NCBI GenBank assembly: GCA_963697705.1
Contig: CAVOPA010000017.1
Location: forward strand, 75,126 to 139,125
DNA: 64,000 bases
Direction of reading: 5' to 3'
Source: Vicinamibacteria bacterium
GTDB lineage: Bacteria > Acidobacteriota > Vicinamibacteria > Vicinamibacterales > JAENWD01
In this document: piece by piece, positions 1-8,973 of the stretch
Position numbering within the stretch: the first letter of the stretch is position 1
Layout: each line of letters begins with the position of its first letter
The notes under the pieces: model-generated
What the model saw: only the letters and a program-made list of their open reading frames with translations
What the model was told of the DNA's origin: nothing
Database searches by the model: none
Position numbers and translations under genes: made by a program

Positions 1-301
1 AGCGCTCGCGGATGATCCACCAGCCGATCTCCACGTCGGCGAGGGCCGCCACCGGTTCACCGCCGCAGAAGCCCACGAAGGCGCCGTCGTCTCGTGCGAC
101 CAGCCGCCAGCGGCAGTAGCCGCGCTCGGCGAGGCAGGCGATCTGCCGCAGGACAAACGCACGTGCCTCCGGCTCGGTCAAGGGCACGCCACCGTTGATG
201 TAGCGCATCACCGCGGGGTCCTGCGCCAGCGCGAGAAACCCGGCCGTGTGCCGCTCATGCCACGGCTGCAGCAGCAGGCGGGCGCTGGCGGGCGGCGGCA
301 T
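1..301 (-). CDS. GNAT-family N-acetyltransferase (RimJ/RimL-like); only the N-terminal part is present and the gene runs off the left edge
   Basis: Hand translation of the minus strand from ATG at 301-299 gives MPPPASARLLLQPWHERHTAGFLALAQDPAVMRYINGGVPLTEPEARAFVLRQIACLAERGYCRWRLVARDDGAFVGFCGG... and stays open to position 1. This is the usual N-terminal pattern of RimJ/L-type acetyltransferases. It is absent from the ORF track because it is truncated. Confidence 0.55.
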   Translation of the reverse strand, partial: MPPPASARLLLQPWHERHTAGFLALAQDPAVMRYINGGVPLTEPEARAFVLRQIACLAERGYCRWRLVARDDGAFVGFCGGEPVAALADVEIGWWIIRER

Positions 302-699
302 CGTGCGCGAGTATAGGGCCCGACGGCGATCCTGCGTCGCCGACACCTCTCGTCCAGCGATGCGCCGAGGCCACGACAACGACTCAGCAGGAGTCGTTCC
401 GGAACCCCGCGAACGCGTGCGCCGTGCTCAACGATTGGTCGCGCTTGTGATGAAATATCTGTGATAGCCTTGCGCCACTTGTGCTCTGATTCGCGCCAAA
501 GCCGAGGAACTGGCCGGTGGACGACTTTGAGAACTCGACACCCCAGACGCCCTGCGCTGCCCATTCTGCGCATCGAGCAACATCCGGCCCGTCGGAACAG
601 CGCTCCCCGGCCGCCTCGATCGTGAAGTGCTGATCGTGTGCGTGGCGTGCGCAGCGGTCTTCATCGTTCCAGCCGTTCGGGCGTAGACGTTAGCATCCG

Positions 700-972
700 A
701 TGCCGGACACACCCCTCGCCATGGTCTCTGCGTGCCTGTGGGATCTGCGCGCCCAGTGCGAGCAGCAGCTCCGCTCCCTGACCGACGCGCAGCGCATCGC
801 GGATCAATTCCACGGATCGTCGCCCGCTGCCGCCGAGCTCCTGAAGCGGCGCCTCGCGGCGAGCGTCGAATCCGTGCTCCGAAGCAACGCCGTGATCCGG
901 GAGGCCACGCAGGACTGCGTCGACCTCGTAGAGCACATCTCCGCCGGCACTCAGGAACCGCTTCGGCCTTAG
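700..972 (+). CDS. hypothetical small helical protein (90 aa)
   Basis: ORF 700..972 with an ATG start and G/C-rich third codon positions, as in neighbouring genes. No recognisable motif. Confidence 0.35.
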   Translation: MPDTPLAMVSACLWDLRAQCEQQLRSLTDAQRIADQFHGSSPAAAELLKRRLAASVESVLRSNAVIREATQDCVDLVEHISAGTQEPLRP

Positions 973-1092
973 CAGTTCATCGGCGTCGAGGGCGTGGTCA
1001 CGGCCTCTATGCCACCGCCCCGTTCCGCCACAGTCTGCACCTGAATTTGGCGCTCGCGTTCGGAGCGCCTCGTTTCTGCATAGAATTCCCGT

Positions 1093-2289
1093 GTGCCAAT
1101 CGGGACTGCCTTCCATCCCCGTACGCTGCCGCTCTGCGAGAGCCTCAACTACCGCGAGTGGGCCGGCTACTACGCCGTCAGTGCGTACGAGGCCCACCAC
1201 GAGCACGAGTACAACGCCATCCGCAACGCCGCGGCGCTCATCGACGTGTCTCCGCTCTACAAATATCTGGTGGCCGGGCCGGACTCCGCGCGGCTGGTCG
1301 ACCGGGTGATCACCCGCGACGCCACGAAGGTCGGCATCGGTCAGGTGATCTACACGCCCTGGTGCGATGAGCGCGGACAGACGATCGACGACGGAACAGT
1401 GACGAGGCTCGACGACACGACGTGGCGCTGGACCGCGGCCGACCCCAGCCTGCGATGGCTGCGGCAGAACGCCGCCGGCCTGAAGGTGACCGTCGAAGAC
1501 ATCAGCGAGCAGGTAGCCGCACTGGCTCTCCAGGGCCCGACGTCGGGGGCATTGCTGCGAGCGGTTGTTGACGCAGACATCGCCGGTCTCAAGTACTTCC
1601 GCATGACCGACGGCGCAATCGATAGCGTCCCCGTCCAGATCTCGCGCACCGGGTACACCGGAGATCTCGGCTACGAACTCTGGATGCCGCGGGAGGACGC
1701 CCTGCGCGTCTGGGATGCCCTCATCGCGCGCGGCACACCGTTCGACATCCGGCCGACCGGGATGCTCGCGCTCGACGTGGCGCGCATCGAAGCCGGCCTC
1801 CTGCTCGTCGACGTGGACTTCAACGGCAGCCGAAAGTCCCTGATCGATGCCCAGCGCTACACGCCGTACGAAATGGGCCTGGGCCGGCTGGTCAGCGACG
1901 GCAAGGGCCCGTTCGTAGGGCGGATGCCGCTGCGCCGCGAGAAGCTGGCCGGCCCGAAACGGCAGATTGCGGGGCTCGAGATCTCCTGGACGGAAGTCGA
2001 GACCCTGTACTCACGGCTGGGGCTGCCCACGCAGGTGCCCACCACCGCCTCGCGCGTGCCGGTGCCGGTGTACCGCGGTGGCCGGCAGGTCGGCAAAGCC
2101 ACGTCCACGACCTGGTCGCCGGTGCTGAAGAAACTCATCGCGCTCGCGACGATCGACGCGCCTTCGTTTGCCATTGGCACCGAGCTCGACATCGAAGTGA
2201 CGGTCGAGGCCGTCCGTCATCGCGTCGGCGCCGTCGTCGTGCAGACCCCGTTCTTCAACCCGTCGCGAAAGACCGCGCCACTCTTGTGA
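1093..2289 (+). CDS. aminomethyltransferase-family protein (glycine cleavage T / GcvT-like folate-binding enzyme)
   Basis: 398-aa ORF with a GTG start. It carries blocks typical of the GcvT fold: NAIRNAAALIDVSPLYKYLVAGPDSARLVDRVITRD, ALQGP, ISRTGYTGDLGYELW, ARIEAGLLL. Confidence 0.85.
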   Translation: MPIGTAFHPRTLPLCESLNYREWAGYYAVSAYEAHHEHEYNAIRNAAALIDVSPLYKYLVAGPDSARLVDRVITRDATKVGIGQVIYTPWCDERGQTIDDGTVTRLDDTTWRWTAADPSLRWLRQNAAGLKVTVEDISEQVAALALQGPTSGALLRAVVDADIAGLKYFRMTDGAIDSVPVQISRTGYTGDLGYELWMPREDALRVWDALIARGTPFDIRPTGMLALDVARIEAGLLLVDVDFNGSRKSLIDAQRYTPYEMGLGRLVSDGKGPFVGRMPLRREKLAGPKRQIAGLEISWTEVETLYSRLGLPTQVPTTASRVPVPVYRGGRQVGKATSTTWSPVLKKLIALATIDAPSFAIGTELDIEVTVEAVRHRVGAVVVQTPFFNPSRKTAPLL

Positions 2290-2441
2290 TCGCACCCGTT
2301 TCTCCCGCGCCACAGCCATGTGCCAGAGTAAGCCGACGTTGCAGGCATCGGAGGTGGTGCGCAGCGGACCGACCGGCCCCTCGCTTCACCACATGCAGTG
2401 GGCAGGATCTGCCAATAGCGGCCGGTCGTGTGTTGCGGAAC

Positions 2442-5030
2442 ATGCGTACGTCCTTCGGGGGGATCATGCGCGCGTGGTTTCTTCAGCTCCTGCTCTTCAT
2501 CTTCTTCTCTGCACATGCAGCCGGCCAGGGCACGGCGGTACACCACCCGCCGCCCCTGGCATTTGGCACGAACATTGGTCATTGGCTGTCGCAGGCGAAG
2601 CTCGATCGCGCCGAGATGGCCAGCTTCTTCACCGAGACGGACGTCACGCGCATCAAGGGCTGGGGGATGGACCACATCCGCGTGCCCGTCGATTCGCCGC
2701 TCATCGCGAGCGACACCGACCGCGAGCACTTCTCCGAGGAAGGCCTCTCGTGGATCGACCGCGCCGCGGCGTGGACGCGGGCTGCCGGGCTGACGCTGGT
2801 GCTGGATCTGCACCACTTGCCCGGGCACGGGTTCATGTCGGAGGAGACGAACACGATCTGGACCCCCGGCGTTGACCGTCGTCAGGCGCTGGCACTCTGG
2901 ACCACGCTGGCAACCCGCTATAGGGGCCAGTCACACGTCGTCTTCGAGCTGCTGAACGAGCCGGTGGCGCCGGAAGGGCAGGACGAGCTGTGGCACGCGC
3001 TCGCACGCGACCTGATTGCAGCGATTCGCGCCGTGAACCAGGAGAACTGGATCATGGTCGGCTCGAACCGCTGGAGCAATGTGTCGACGTTCGGCGTGCT
3101 GCCGAAGTTCGACGACGAACGGGTCATCTACACCTTCCACTTGTACGAGCCGTTCCTCTTCACGCACCAGCGTGCCAGCTGGGTGGTCGACGACATCAAG
3201 AATCTGCAGGAGCCCGTGCCGTATCCCGGCCCGCTCCCGCGCGCCCTGCTCACCACCGACTGGCTCGTGAAGCAGTATGGCTGGATGGCAGACCAGCCGT
3301 ATGGTGAGGCGTTCCTTCGCGAGCGCCTCGCGCCGGTGCTGGCATTCCGAAACACGTATCGCGTGCCGGTCTACTGCGGCGAGTTCGGCGTGCTCGACAC
3401 CGCGCCAGACTCCGATCGCCGGCGGTGGTATCGCGACGTCGTCGGCATCTTCCGCAGCGAGTCGATCGGCTTCGCCAACTGGAACTACAAGAGCGACAAC
3501 TTCGGCCTCGTGAACCGCAAAGGCGTCGCCGATCCATCGCTCGTGCAGGCCATCGGTGCGTCCGCCGCCTCGGCCGGGCAGCGTAACAGCGTGACGCTGT
3601 TCGACGAATCCGGCGATGTCGGCGCGGTGCAGCAGCCAGGCTCCGTCGCGTCCACTGGCCGCGACAGCTTCGAGCTCTCCGGATCTGGCGCGAACATCTG
3701 GGGCGTGCGCGACGAGTTCTACTTCGCGTCGACGCGTGTGACGGGCGACCTCGAGCTCGTTGCCGACGTGTCATTCGTGGACGAGCCCGCGGCTCGCGGT
3801 GCGGCAGAGACGCCGCCCGATCCTCACCGCAAGGCGGGCTGGATGGTCCGGGCCTCGCGCGAGCCCGACGCGCCGTATGCCGACGCCATGGTGCATGGCG
3901 ACGGCCTCATCTCACTGCAGTACCGCGCTCAGAAGGGTGCGCCTACAGCCGAGGTGCAGAGCCCCGTACGGGCGCCGGCGACCCTCAAGTTCGAACGCCA
4001 CGGCGATGTCTTCTCGCTCGAAGTGAAGCCGCGCGACGGAGAGTTCCAGCCGGTCGGCGCAATCGTGCTGCCGATTGGCGGCGCCGTGCACGCGGGGCTC
4101 GCCGTGTCGGCCCACAACCCCGCACGCAGCGAGCGGGCGCGCTTCACCGCCGTATCGCTCATCGAGCGGCCGGCCGTTCCCGACGCGCAGCGCGTGACCG
4201 AAAGCTCGCTCGAGACGTTCGACATCGCCACGGGTCAGCGCCGCATCGTGTACCGCGGGCGCCAGCACTTCGAGGCGCCGAACTGGTCGAGAGACGGCGC
4301 GCGCCTGCTCATCAACCAGGACGGGCTGCTCTACACGATGCCGGCCGCCGGCGGGCCGCCGGAGAAGGTCGAGACGGGCACGGTCGGCGGCTGCAACAAC
4401 GATCACGGCTACTCTCCGGACGGTGCCTCGATTGCGCTCAGCTGCGGCCCACAGGGGGAGTCTCGCGTGCACCTGGTGCCGGCACGCGGCGGACGGCCGC
4501 GGGTGCTGACCGAGGCGACGCCCTCCTACTGGCACGGCTGGTCGCCCGACGGTAAGACGCTCGCGTTCGTCGGACGGCGGAACGGCGACTTCGATATCTA
4601 TACGGTGCCCGTCGAGGGCGGCCCGGAACGGCGTCTCACCATGGCGAAGGGTTTGGACGATGGTCCCGACTACACGCCTGATGGGCAGTGGATCTATTTC
4701 AACAGCGACAGGACCGGGGCGATGCGCATCTGGCGCATGCGGCCGGACGGCAGCGATCAGCAGCAGATCACCAACGATCCGACCTACGGCGACTGGTTTC
4801 CGCACCCGTCCCCTGACGGGCGGTGGATTGTCTTTCTGTCGTTCGATCCCACCGTGCAGGGCCATCCACCGAACAAGGACGTCGTGCTCCGGCTGATGCC
4901 CTTCGACGGCAGCGCTCCACCGAAGGTGATCGCGCGGTTGTTCGGCGGGCAGGGCACGCTGAACGTGCCGTCGTGGTCGCCTGACAGCGCGCGGTTTGCG
5001 TTCGTGAGCTACAGGCTGGTTCCTCCGTGA
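2442..5030 (+). CDS. secreted multidomain protein: GH5 glycoside hydrolase + ConA-like jelly-roll + TolB-like PD40 beta-propeller
   Basis: Lies in ORF 2286..5030. ATG 2442 or 2466 gives the signal peptide MRAWFLQLLLFIFFSAHAAGQG. GH5 catalytic blocks are FELLNEP and YCGEFGV. The middle domain contains FELSGSGANIWGVRDEFYFA. C-terminal PD40 repeats are YSPDG, WSPDGKTLAF, YTPDGQWIYFNSDR, PSPDGRWIVF and WSPDSARFAF. Confidence 0.85.
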   Translation: MRTSFGGIMRAWFLQLLLFIFFSAHAAGQGTAVHHPPPLAFGTNIGHWLSQAKLDRAEMASFFTETDVTRIKGWGMDHIRVPVDSPLIASDTDREHFSEEGLSWIDRAAAWTRAAGLTLVLDLHHLPGHGFMSEETNTIWTPGVDRRQALALWTTLATRYRGQSHVVFELLNEPVAPEGQDELWHALARDLIAAIRAVNQENWIMVGSNRWSNVSTFGVLPKFDDERVIYTFHLYEPFLFTHQRASWVVDDIKNLQEPVPYPGPLPRALLTTDWLVKQYGWMADQPYGEAFLRERLAPVLAFRNTYRVPVYCGEFGVLDTAPDSDRRRWYRDVVGIFRSESIGFANWNYKSDNFGLVNRKGVADPSLVQAIGASAASAGQRNSVTLFDESGDVGAVQQPGSVASTGRDSFELSGSGANIWGVRDEFYFASTRVTGDLELVADVSFVDEPAARGAAETPPDPHRKAGWMVRASREPDAPYADAMVHGDGLISLQYRAQKGAPTAEVQSPVRAPATLKFERHGDVFSLEVKPRDGEFQPVGAIVLPIGGAVHAGLAVSAHNPARSERARFTAVSLIERPAVPDAQRVTESSLETFDIATGQRRIVYRGRQHFEAPNWSRDGARLLINQDGLLYTMPAAGGPPEKVETGTVGGCNNDHGYSPDGASIALSCGPQGESRVHLVPARGGRPRVLTEATPSYWHGWSPDGKTLAFVGRRNGDFDIYTVPVEGGPERRLTMAKGLDDGPDYTPDGQWIYFNSDRTGAMRIWRMRPDGSDQQQITNDPTYGDWFPHPSPDGRWIVFLSFDPTVQGHPPNKDVVLRLMPFDGSAPPKVIARLFGGQGTLNVPSWSPDSARFAFVSYRLVPP

Positions 5031-5145
5031 CGACCGGCACCAGGGCCTGAGCGACTCGGCCCACTTGAAGGCGGCCACCGCAAGCAGGCTGCCTGCGAGT
5101 CGGTACTACGAGCGGGCGGCGGCCCTGCGCCCCTGTAATCGAACG

Positions 5146-5328
5146 ATGATTGAAGTCGAAATCGACTGCCCGTATTGCGGTGAACCGGTTGCGCTCGCCA
5201 TCGACGAGACCGGCGGGCGCGCCCAGACCTACATCGAAGACTGCGTCGTGTGCTGCAAGCCCATCGAGGTGACGGCGCGGTACGACGGGGAAGAGTTCGA
5301 GGTCATGACCCGAACGGGGGATGACTGA
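5146..5328 (+). CDS. CPXCG-motif cysteine-rich zinc-ribbon protein (60 aa)
   Basis: MIEVEIDCPYCGEPVALAIDETGGRAQTYIEDCVVCCKPIEV carries a CPxCG ... CxxCC four-Cys signature. The internal ATG 5146 of ORF 5065..5328 was chosen; the upstream 27 aa look non-coding. Confidence 0.7.
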   Translation: MIEVEIDCPYCGEPVALAIDETGGRAQTYIEDCVVCCKPIEVTARYDGEEFEVMTRTGDD

Positions 5329-5377
5329 CGCTCGCCGGCCGCCGACGAACGGCGCACAACGGAAGTGATAGTCTCCC

Positions 5378-6343
5378 GTGATGCTCAACAGGCGCGTCGC
5401 CGACCAGGTGGGCGCTGGCCGCTTCGTCTCGTTTTCCCGCGAAGAGTGGGCCGGGCTGCGCGCGGCGACACCGCTCACCGTCAGTGAAGCGGAGGTGGAG
5501 CAGCTACGCGGCGTCAACGAACGGCTGACGCTGCAGCAGGTCGAGGAGATCTACCTGCCGCTCTCGCGCCTGCTGAACCTCTACGTTGCCGCCACGCAGA
5601 CGCTTCGCAAGGCGACCGATACATTCCTCGGCAACCCGGCGGCCACCGTGCCATTCGTCATCGGCATTGCCGGCAGCGTGGCCGTGGGAAAGAGCACCAC
5701 CGCACGCGTGCTCCAGGCGCTGCTCAGTCGATGGCCCGATCATCCACGTGTCGATCTCGTCACGACCGACGGGTTCCTCCTCCCCAACCGCGTGCTCCAC
5801 GAACGGGGACTGATGGCCCGCAAGGGCTTCCCCGAGAGCTACGACGTGCGGCGCCTGCTCGATTTTCTGATCGGCGTGAAATCGGGACAGCCCCGAGTGG
5901 CGGCTCCCGTCTACTCACATCTGCTGTACGACATCGTGCCGGGGCAGGAGCAGGTGCTCGATCGGCCCGACATCATGATTCTCGAGGGACTGAACGTGCT
6001 GCAGACGAGCGATCTGCACGCGGGACGGCGATCCGACCTGTTCGTTTCCGACTTCTTCGACTTCTCGATCTACATGGATGCGAACGCCGAGAGCATCGAG
6101 CGCTGGTACGTGGACCGCTTTCTCATGCTGCGCCACACGGTGTTCACCAGCGAGGCGTCGTATTTTCATCGGTACGCGGCACTCAACGAAGACGAGGCGG
6201 AGCAGGTCGCGCGCAGCATCTGGCGCGAGATCAACCTCGTGAACCTGAAAGAGAACATCGAGCCCACCCGCGAGCGTGCTCATCTGATCCTCGATAAGGA
6301 CGGCCAGCACCTCGTTCAAAGCGTGCGGCTGCGGAAGCTGTAG
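5378..6343 (+). CDS. coaA: type I pantothenate kinase
   Basis: 321 aa with the P-loop [21 protein letters not shown], plus [21 protein letters not shown] and ERWYVDRF. Length and motifs match CoaA. The start is GTG 5378 or ATG 5381. Confidence 0.9.
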   Translation: MMLNRRVADQVGAGRFVSFSREEWAGLRAATPLTVSEAEVEQLRGVNERLTLQQVEEIYLPLSRLLNLYVAATQTLRKATDTFLGNPAATVPFVIGIAGSVAVGKSTTARVLQALLSRWPDHPRVDLVTTDGFLLPNRVLHERGLMARKGFPESYDVRRLLDFLIGVKSGQPRVAAPVYSHLLYDIVPGQEQVLDRPDIMILEGLNVLQTSDLHAGRRSDLFVSDFFDFSIYMDANAESIERWYVDRFLMLRHTVFTSEASYFHRYAALNEDEAEQVARSIWREINLVNLKENIEPTRERAHLILDKDGQHLVQSVRLRKL

Positions 6344-6636
6344 ACGGTAGTCGGGCCAAGGCTCCAGCTCAGGCTCCACGCCAACCTTCAGTGCGGCCCG
6401 CTCGCAACCCATAGTTGCCCTTCGACCGCTCATCTAGCGCAGCTTAGGTCCAACGTGCTCGCATTATTTTGCAAAGTGGAAAGTCTTTGGTGTCGGTACG
6501 CCACGAATCGGGTTACACTGCTCTCGCTTGAACGAAGTCCGTCAAGTGATGGGCTGAGCTGAATAACCGCAGCCGTTTTCGCAGGCAAACGGTAAAGGCC
6601 CGGCGACGGGCCGGAGCAATGCTGGGAGGAATGGCA
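6344..6636 (+). promoter_or_regulatory. long, comparatively A+T-richer leader/promoter region upstream of amt-glnK, with an inverted repeat and two hairpins
   Basis: A 293-nt non-coding gap. It holds the inverted repeat CAAAG-N8-CTTTG at 6472-6489, hairpins CCGTTT..AAACGG (6573-6592) and GGCCCG-gcga-CGGGCC (6597-6612), and SD GGGAGGA (6624-6630) 6 nt before ATG 6637. No known regulator motif could be assigned. Confidence 0.3.
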
Positions 6637-7918
6637 ATGAATCAGGCAGACGTGGCCTGGATGCTCGTCGCGACGGCGTTGGTGCTGCTGATGACGCCGG
6701 CGCTGGCGTTCTTCTACGGCGGGCCTCGTACGGTCCAAGAACGCGCTCAATACGATGATGATGAGCTTCGTGGCGCTCGGCGTCGTCGGCATCGCGTGGG
6801 CGCTCATCGGGTATTCGCTGGCCTTTGCTCCGGGCTCGCCGCTGCTGGGCGGACTCTCGCGCGCCCTCCTCCGCAATGTCGGCCTCGAGCCGCAGGGCAC
6901 CATCCCGCACGTGCTCTTCATGTCGTATCAGGGCACGTTCGCCATCATCACGGCTGCCCTGATCTCCGGCGCGATCGTCGAACGCATGCGGTTCAGCGCC
7001 TACATGCTGTTCATTACGCTGTGGTCGATCGTCGTCTATGCGCCGGTCGCGCATTGGGTCTGGGGCGGTGGATGGCTGGCCACCCTCGGCGCGCTCGATT
7101 TCGCTGGCGGCACCGTCGTGCACGTGAACGCCGGCGTCGCGGCACTCGTCGCGGCGCTCGTGCTCGGCCCGCGCAAGGACTTCGCGCGGCAGGCCTTCCT
7201 GCCTCACAACGTGCCGTTCACGCTGCTCGGCGCCGGGCTGCTCTGGTTCGGGTGGTTCGGGTTCAACGCCGGCAGCGCGCTCGCCGCGAGCCCGTCGGCC
7301 GCTCTCGCGTTCACCACGACGTTTCTGGCGCCGATGGGCACGCTCGTCGTCTGGACCCTGCTCGACATGACACGCAACCAGAAAGTCACCGCCGTTGGCG
7401 GCGCCACGGCCATCGTCGTCGGCCTCGTGGCGATCACGCCGGCAGCGGGGTTCATCAGCCCGATCAGCGCGATTGCGCTCGGCGGCCTCGCCGCGATCCC
7501 GAGCTACTACGCCCTGCTCTGGCGCGTCCGCACGCGACTGGACGACTCGCTCGACGTCGTGGCGGCCCATGGACTGGGCGGCACCGTCGGAGCGCTCCTG
7601 ACGGGCGTTTTCGCGGAAAAGGCGTGGAACACCACGACCGACGGTCTGCTGTTCGGCAACCCGGGACAGCTCGGAATCCAGGCCGTCGCGGTGCTCGCCT
7701 CGGTGGTGTACAGCGGGGCGCTCACGTTTGCGCTGTTGAAGCTGGTGGCGCTGGTCGTGCCGCTCAGATCCGCCTCGAACGAGGAGGGCATCGGGATGGA
7801 CGTCAGCCAGCACGGTGAAGAGGCCTACGCGGAGGGCGAAGGCGCCATTCTCGTGCTGCCCGACCGCGCGGTACCGGCAGCCTCGGCGGTCATGGCGGCG
7901 GAGGGAGGACGCGCATGA
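6637..7918 (+). CDS. amt: ammonium transporter Amt, interrupted by a 1-nt frameshift near 6721 (true pseudogene or sequencing error)
   Basis: The N-terminus MNQADVAWMLVATALVLLMTPALAFFYGG is in the frame of ORF 6619..7818. The canonical continuation GLVRSKNALNTMMMSFVALGVVGIAWALIGYSLAF... is in the frame of ORF 6755..7918. One extra G in ggcGggcc (6718-6725) separates the two frames. The rest is a full-length Amt (FAGGTVVHVNAG, GWFGFNAGS, DDSLDVVAAHGLGG). Confidence 0.85.
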
Positions 7919-8274
7919 AGCTCGTTATCGCGGTCGTTCGGCCCGATCGGCTCGGCGCGGTACTGGAGGAGCTGTTCAGGTCGGAAGTGCAGGGGCTCAC
8001 GATCAGCCGCGTGCAGGGGCACGGGGGGGAACGGGAGCACGTCGAAACCTACCGTGGCACGACGGTGAAGATGGAACTCTCGGAGAAGGTGCGGCTGGAG
8101 ATCGGCGTGTCCAACCACTTCGTCGAGCCGACGGTGCAGGCCATCCTGCGCGGCGCGCGTACCGGCGATGTCGGCGACGGCAAGATCTTCGTCGTGCCGG
8201 TAGAGAAGGTCTTCCGGATACGCACGGGCGAAGAGGATCAGGCCGCGGTGACGCCGGTGACGGTCGGCGCCTGA
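7915..8274 (+). CDS. glnK: P-II nitrogen regulatory protein
   Basis: 119 aa: MKLVIAVVRPDRLGAVLEEL...GLTISRVQGHGGE...YRGTTV (T-loop)...TGDVGDGKIFV. The ATG overlaps the amt stop (ATGA), a typical amt/glnK linkage. Confidence 0.9.
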   Translation: MKLVIAVVRPDRLGAVLEELFRSEVQGLTISRVQGHGGEREHVETYRGTTVKMELSEKVRLEIGVSNHFVEPTVQAILRGARTGDVGDGKIFVVPVEKVFRIRTGEEDQAAVTPVTVGA

Positions 8275-8400
8275 TCCGCCCGAACCAGCTGCCCGTCCCG
8301 TCGTGCTCGGCAGGGGCGGGCGTCCGGGAACAGGGACCTGGGCGTCCGCCTCGCGTTTCGGCACCGTTCCTTGCACGTCCCCGGGGCAAGGAGGTTCGTC

Positions 8401-8964
8401 ATGCGCAATGACTCGCCCCAGGCGCTGCTACCGTGGCAGGGGCTCGTGGCCGGTGCGGTAGGCGGCTTCGTCGCGGCGTGGGCCATGGAGCAATTCCAGG
8501 CGCGCTTCAGCCACGCCACCGGCGATAACGTCGACGCGCGGCAACGCCGGAGCGGTCATGCCCCCGCCTGGTCGGCCCGTTCACAGGACCAGGTGAGCGG
8601 CGAGAGTCGGCCAGCGACCGTTCGGACCGCCGATGCTGCCGCGGTTGCCACCGTCGGCCGCCGACTCGAGGCCTCCGAGCAGGACGCCGCCGGGCCGCTG
8701 ATGCACTACGGGTTCGGGACTGCGGTCGGCGCGGTGTATGGGGCACTGGCGGAAACCCGCCCCGAACTCACGCGTCTCGGGGGGATTCCGTTCGGACTCG
8801 GCGTGTGGGCGAGCGCGGACGAGATCGGCGTACCCGCTGCGGGTCTGTCCGAGTCGCCCTGGGATCGTCCGCTCCGGGCGCACACCTACTCGATGCTGTC
8901 GCACGCCGTCTACGGCTTCACGACCGAGGCGGTGCGCAAGGCCGTGCGGGCCAGGCTGCGCTGA
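8401..8964 (+). CDS. YagU/DUF1440-like inner-membrane protein
   Basis: ATG 8401 follows SD AAGGAGG. Hydrophobic helices are GLVAGAVGGFVAAWAMEQF, LMHYGFGTAVGAVYGAL, FGLGVWASADEIGVP and YSMLSHAVYGFTTE. The family assignment comes from the pattern only. Confidence 0.55.
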   Translation: MRNDSPQALLPWQGLVAGAVGGFVAAWAMEQFQARFSHATGDNVDARQRRSGHAPAWSARSQDQVSGESRPATVRTADAAAVATVGRRLEASEQDAAGPLMHYGFGTAVGAVYGALAETRPELTRLGGIPFGLGVWASADEIGVPAAGLSESPWDRPLRAHTYSMLSHAVYGFTTEAVRKAVRARLR

Positions 8965-8973
8965 GCCAAACGA

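Noticed and set aside
6440-6475. A TTGCA-containing stretch upstream of amt, considered as a sigma-54/NtrC-type promoter
   Set aside because: The required GG dinucleotide at -24 is absent (TGCTCGC instead of TGGCACG), so the match is not credible.
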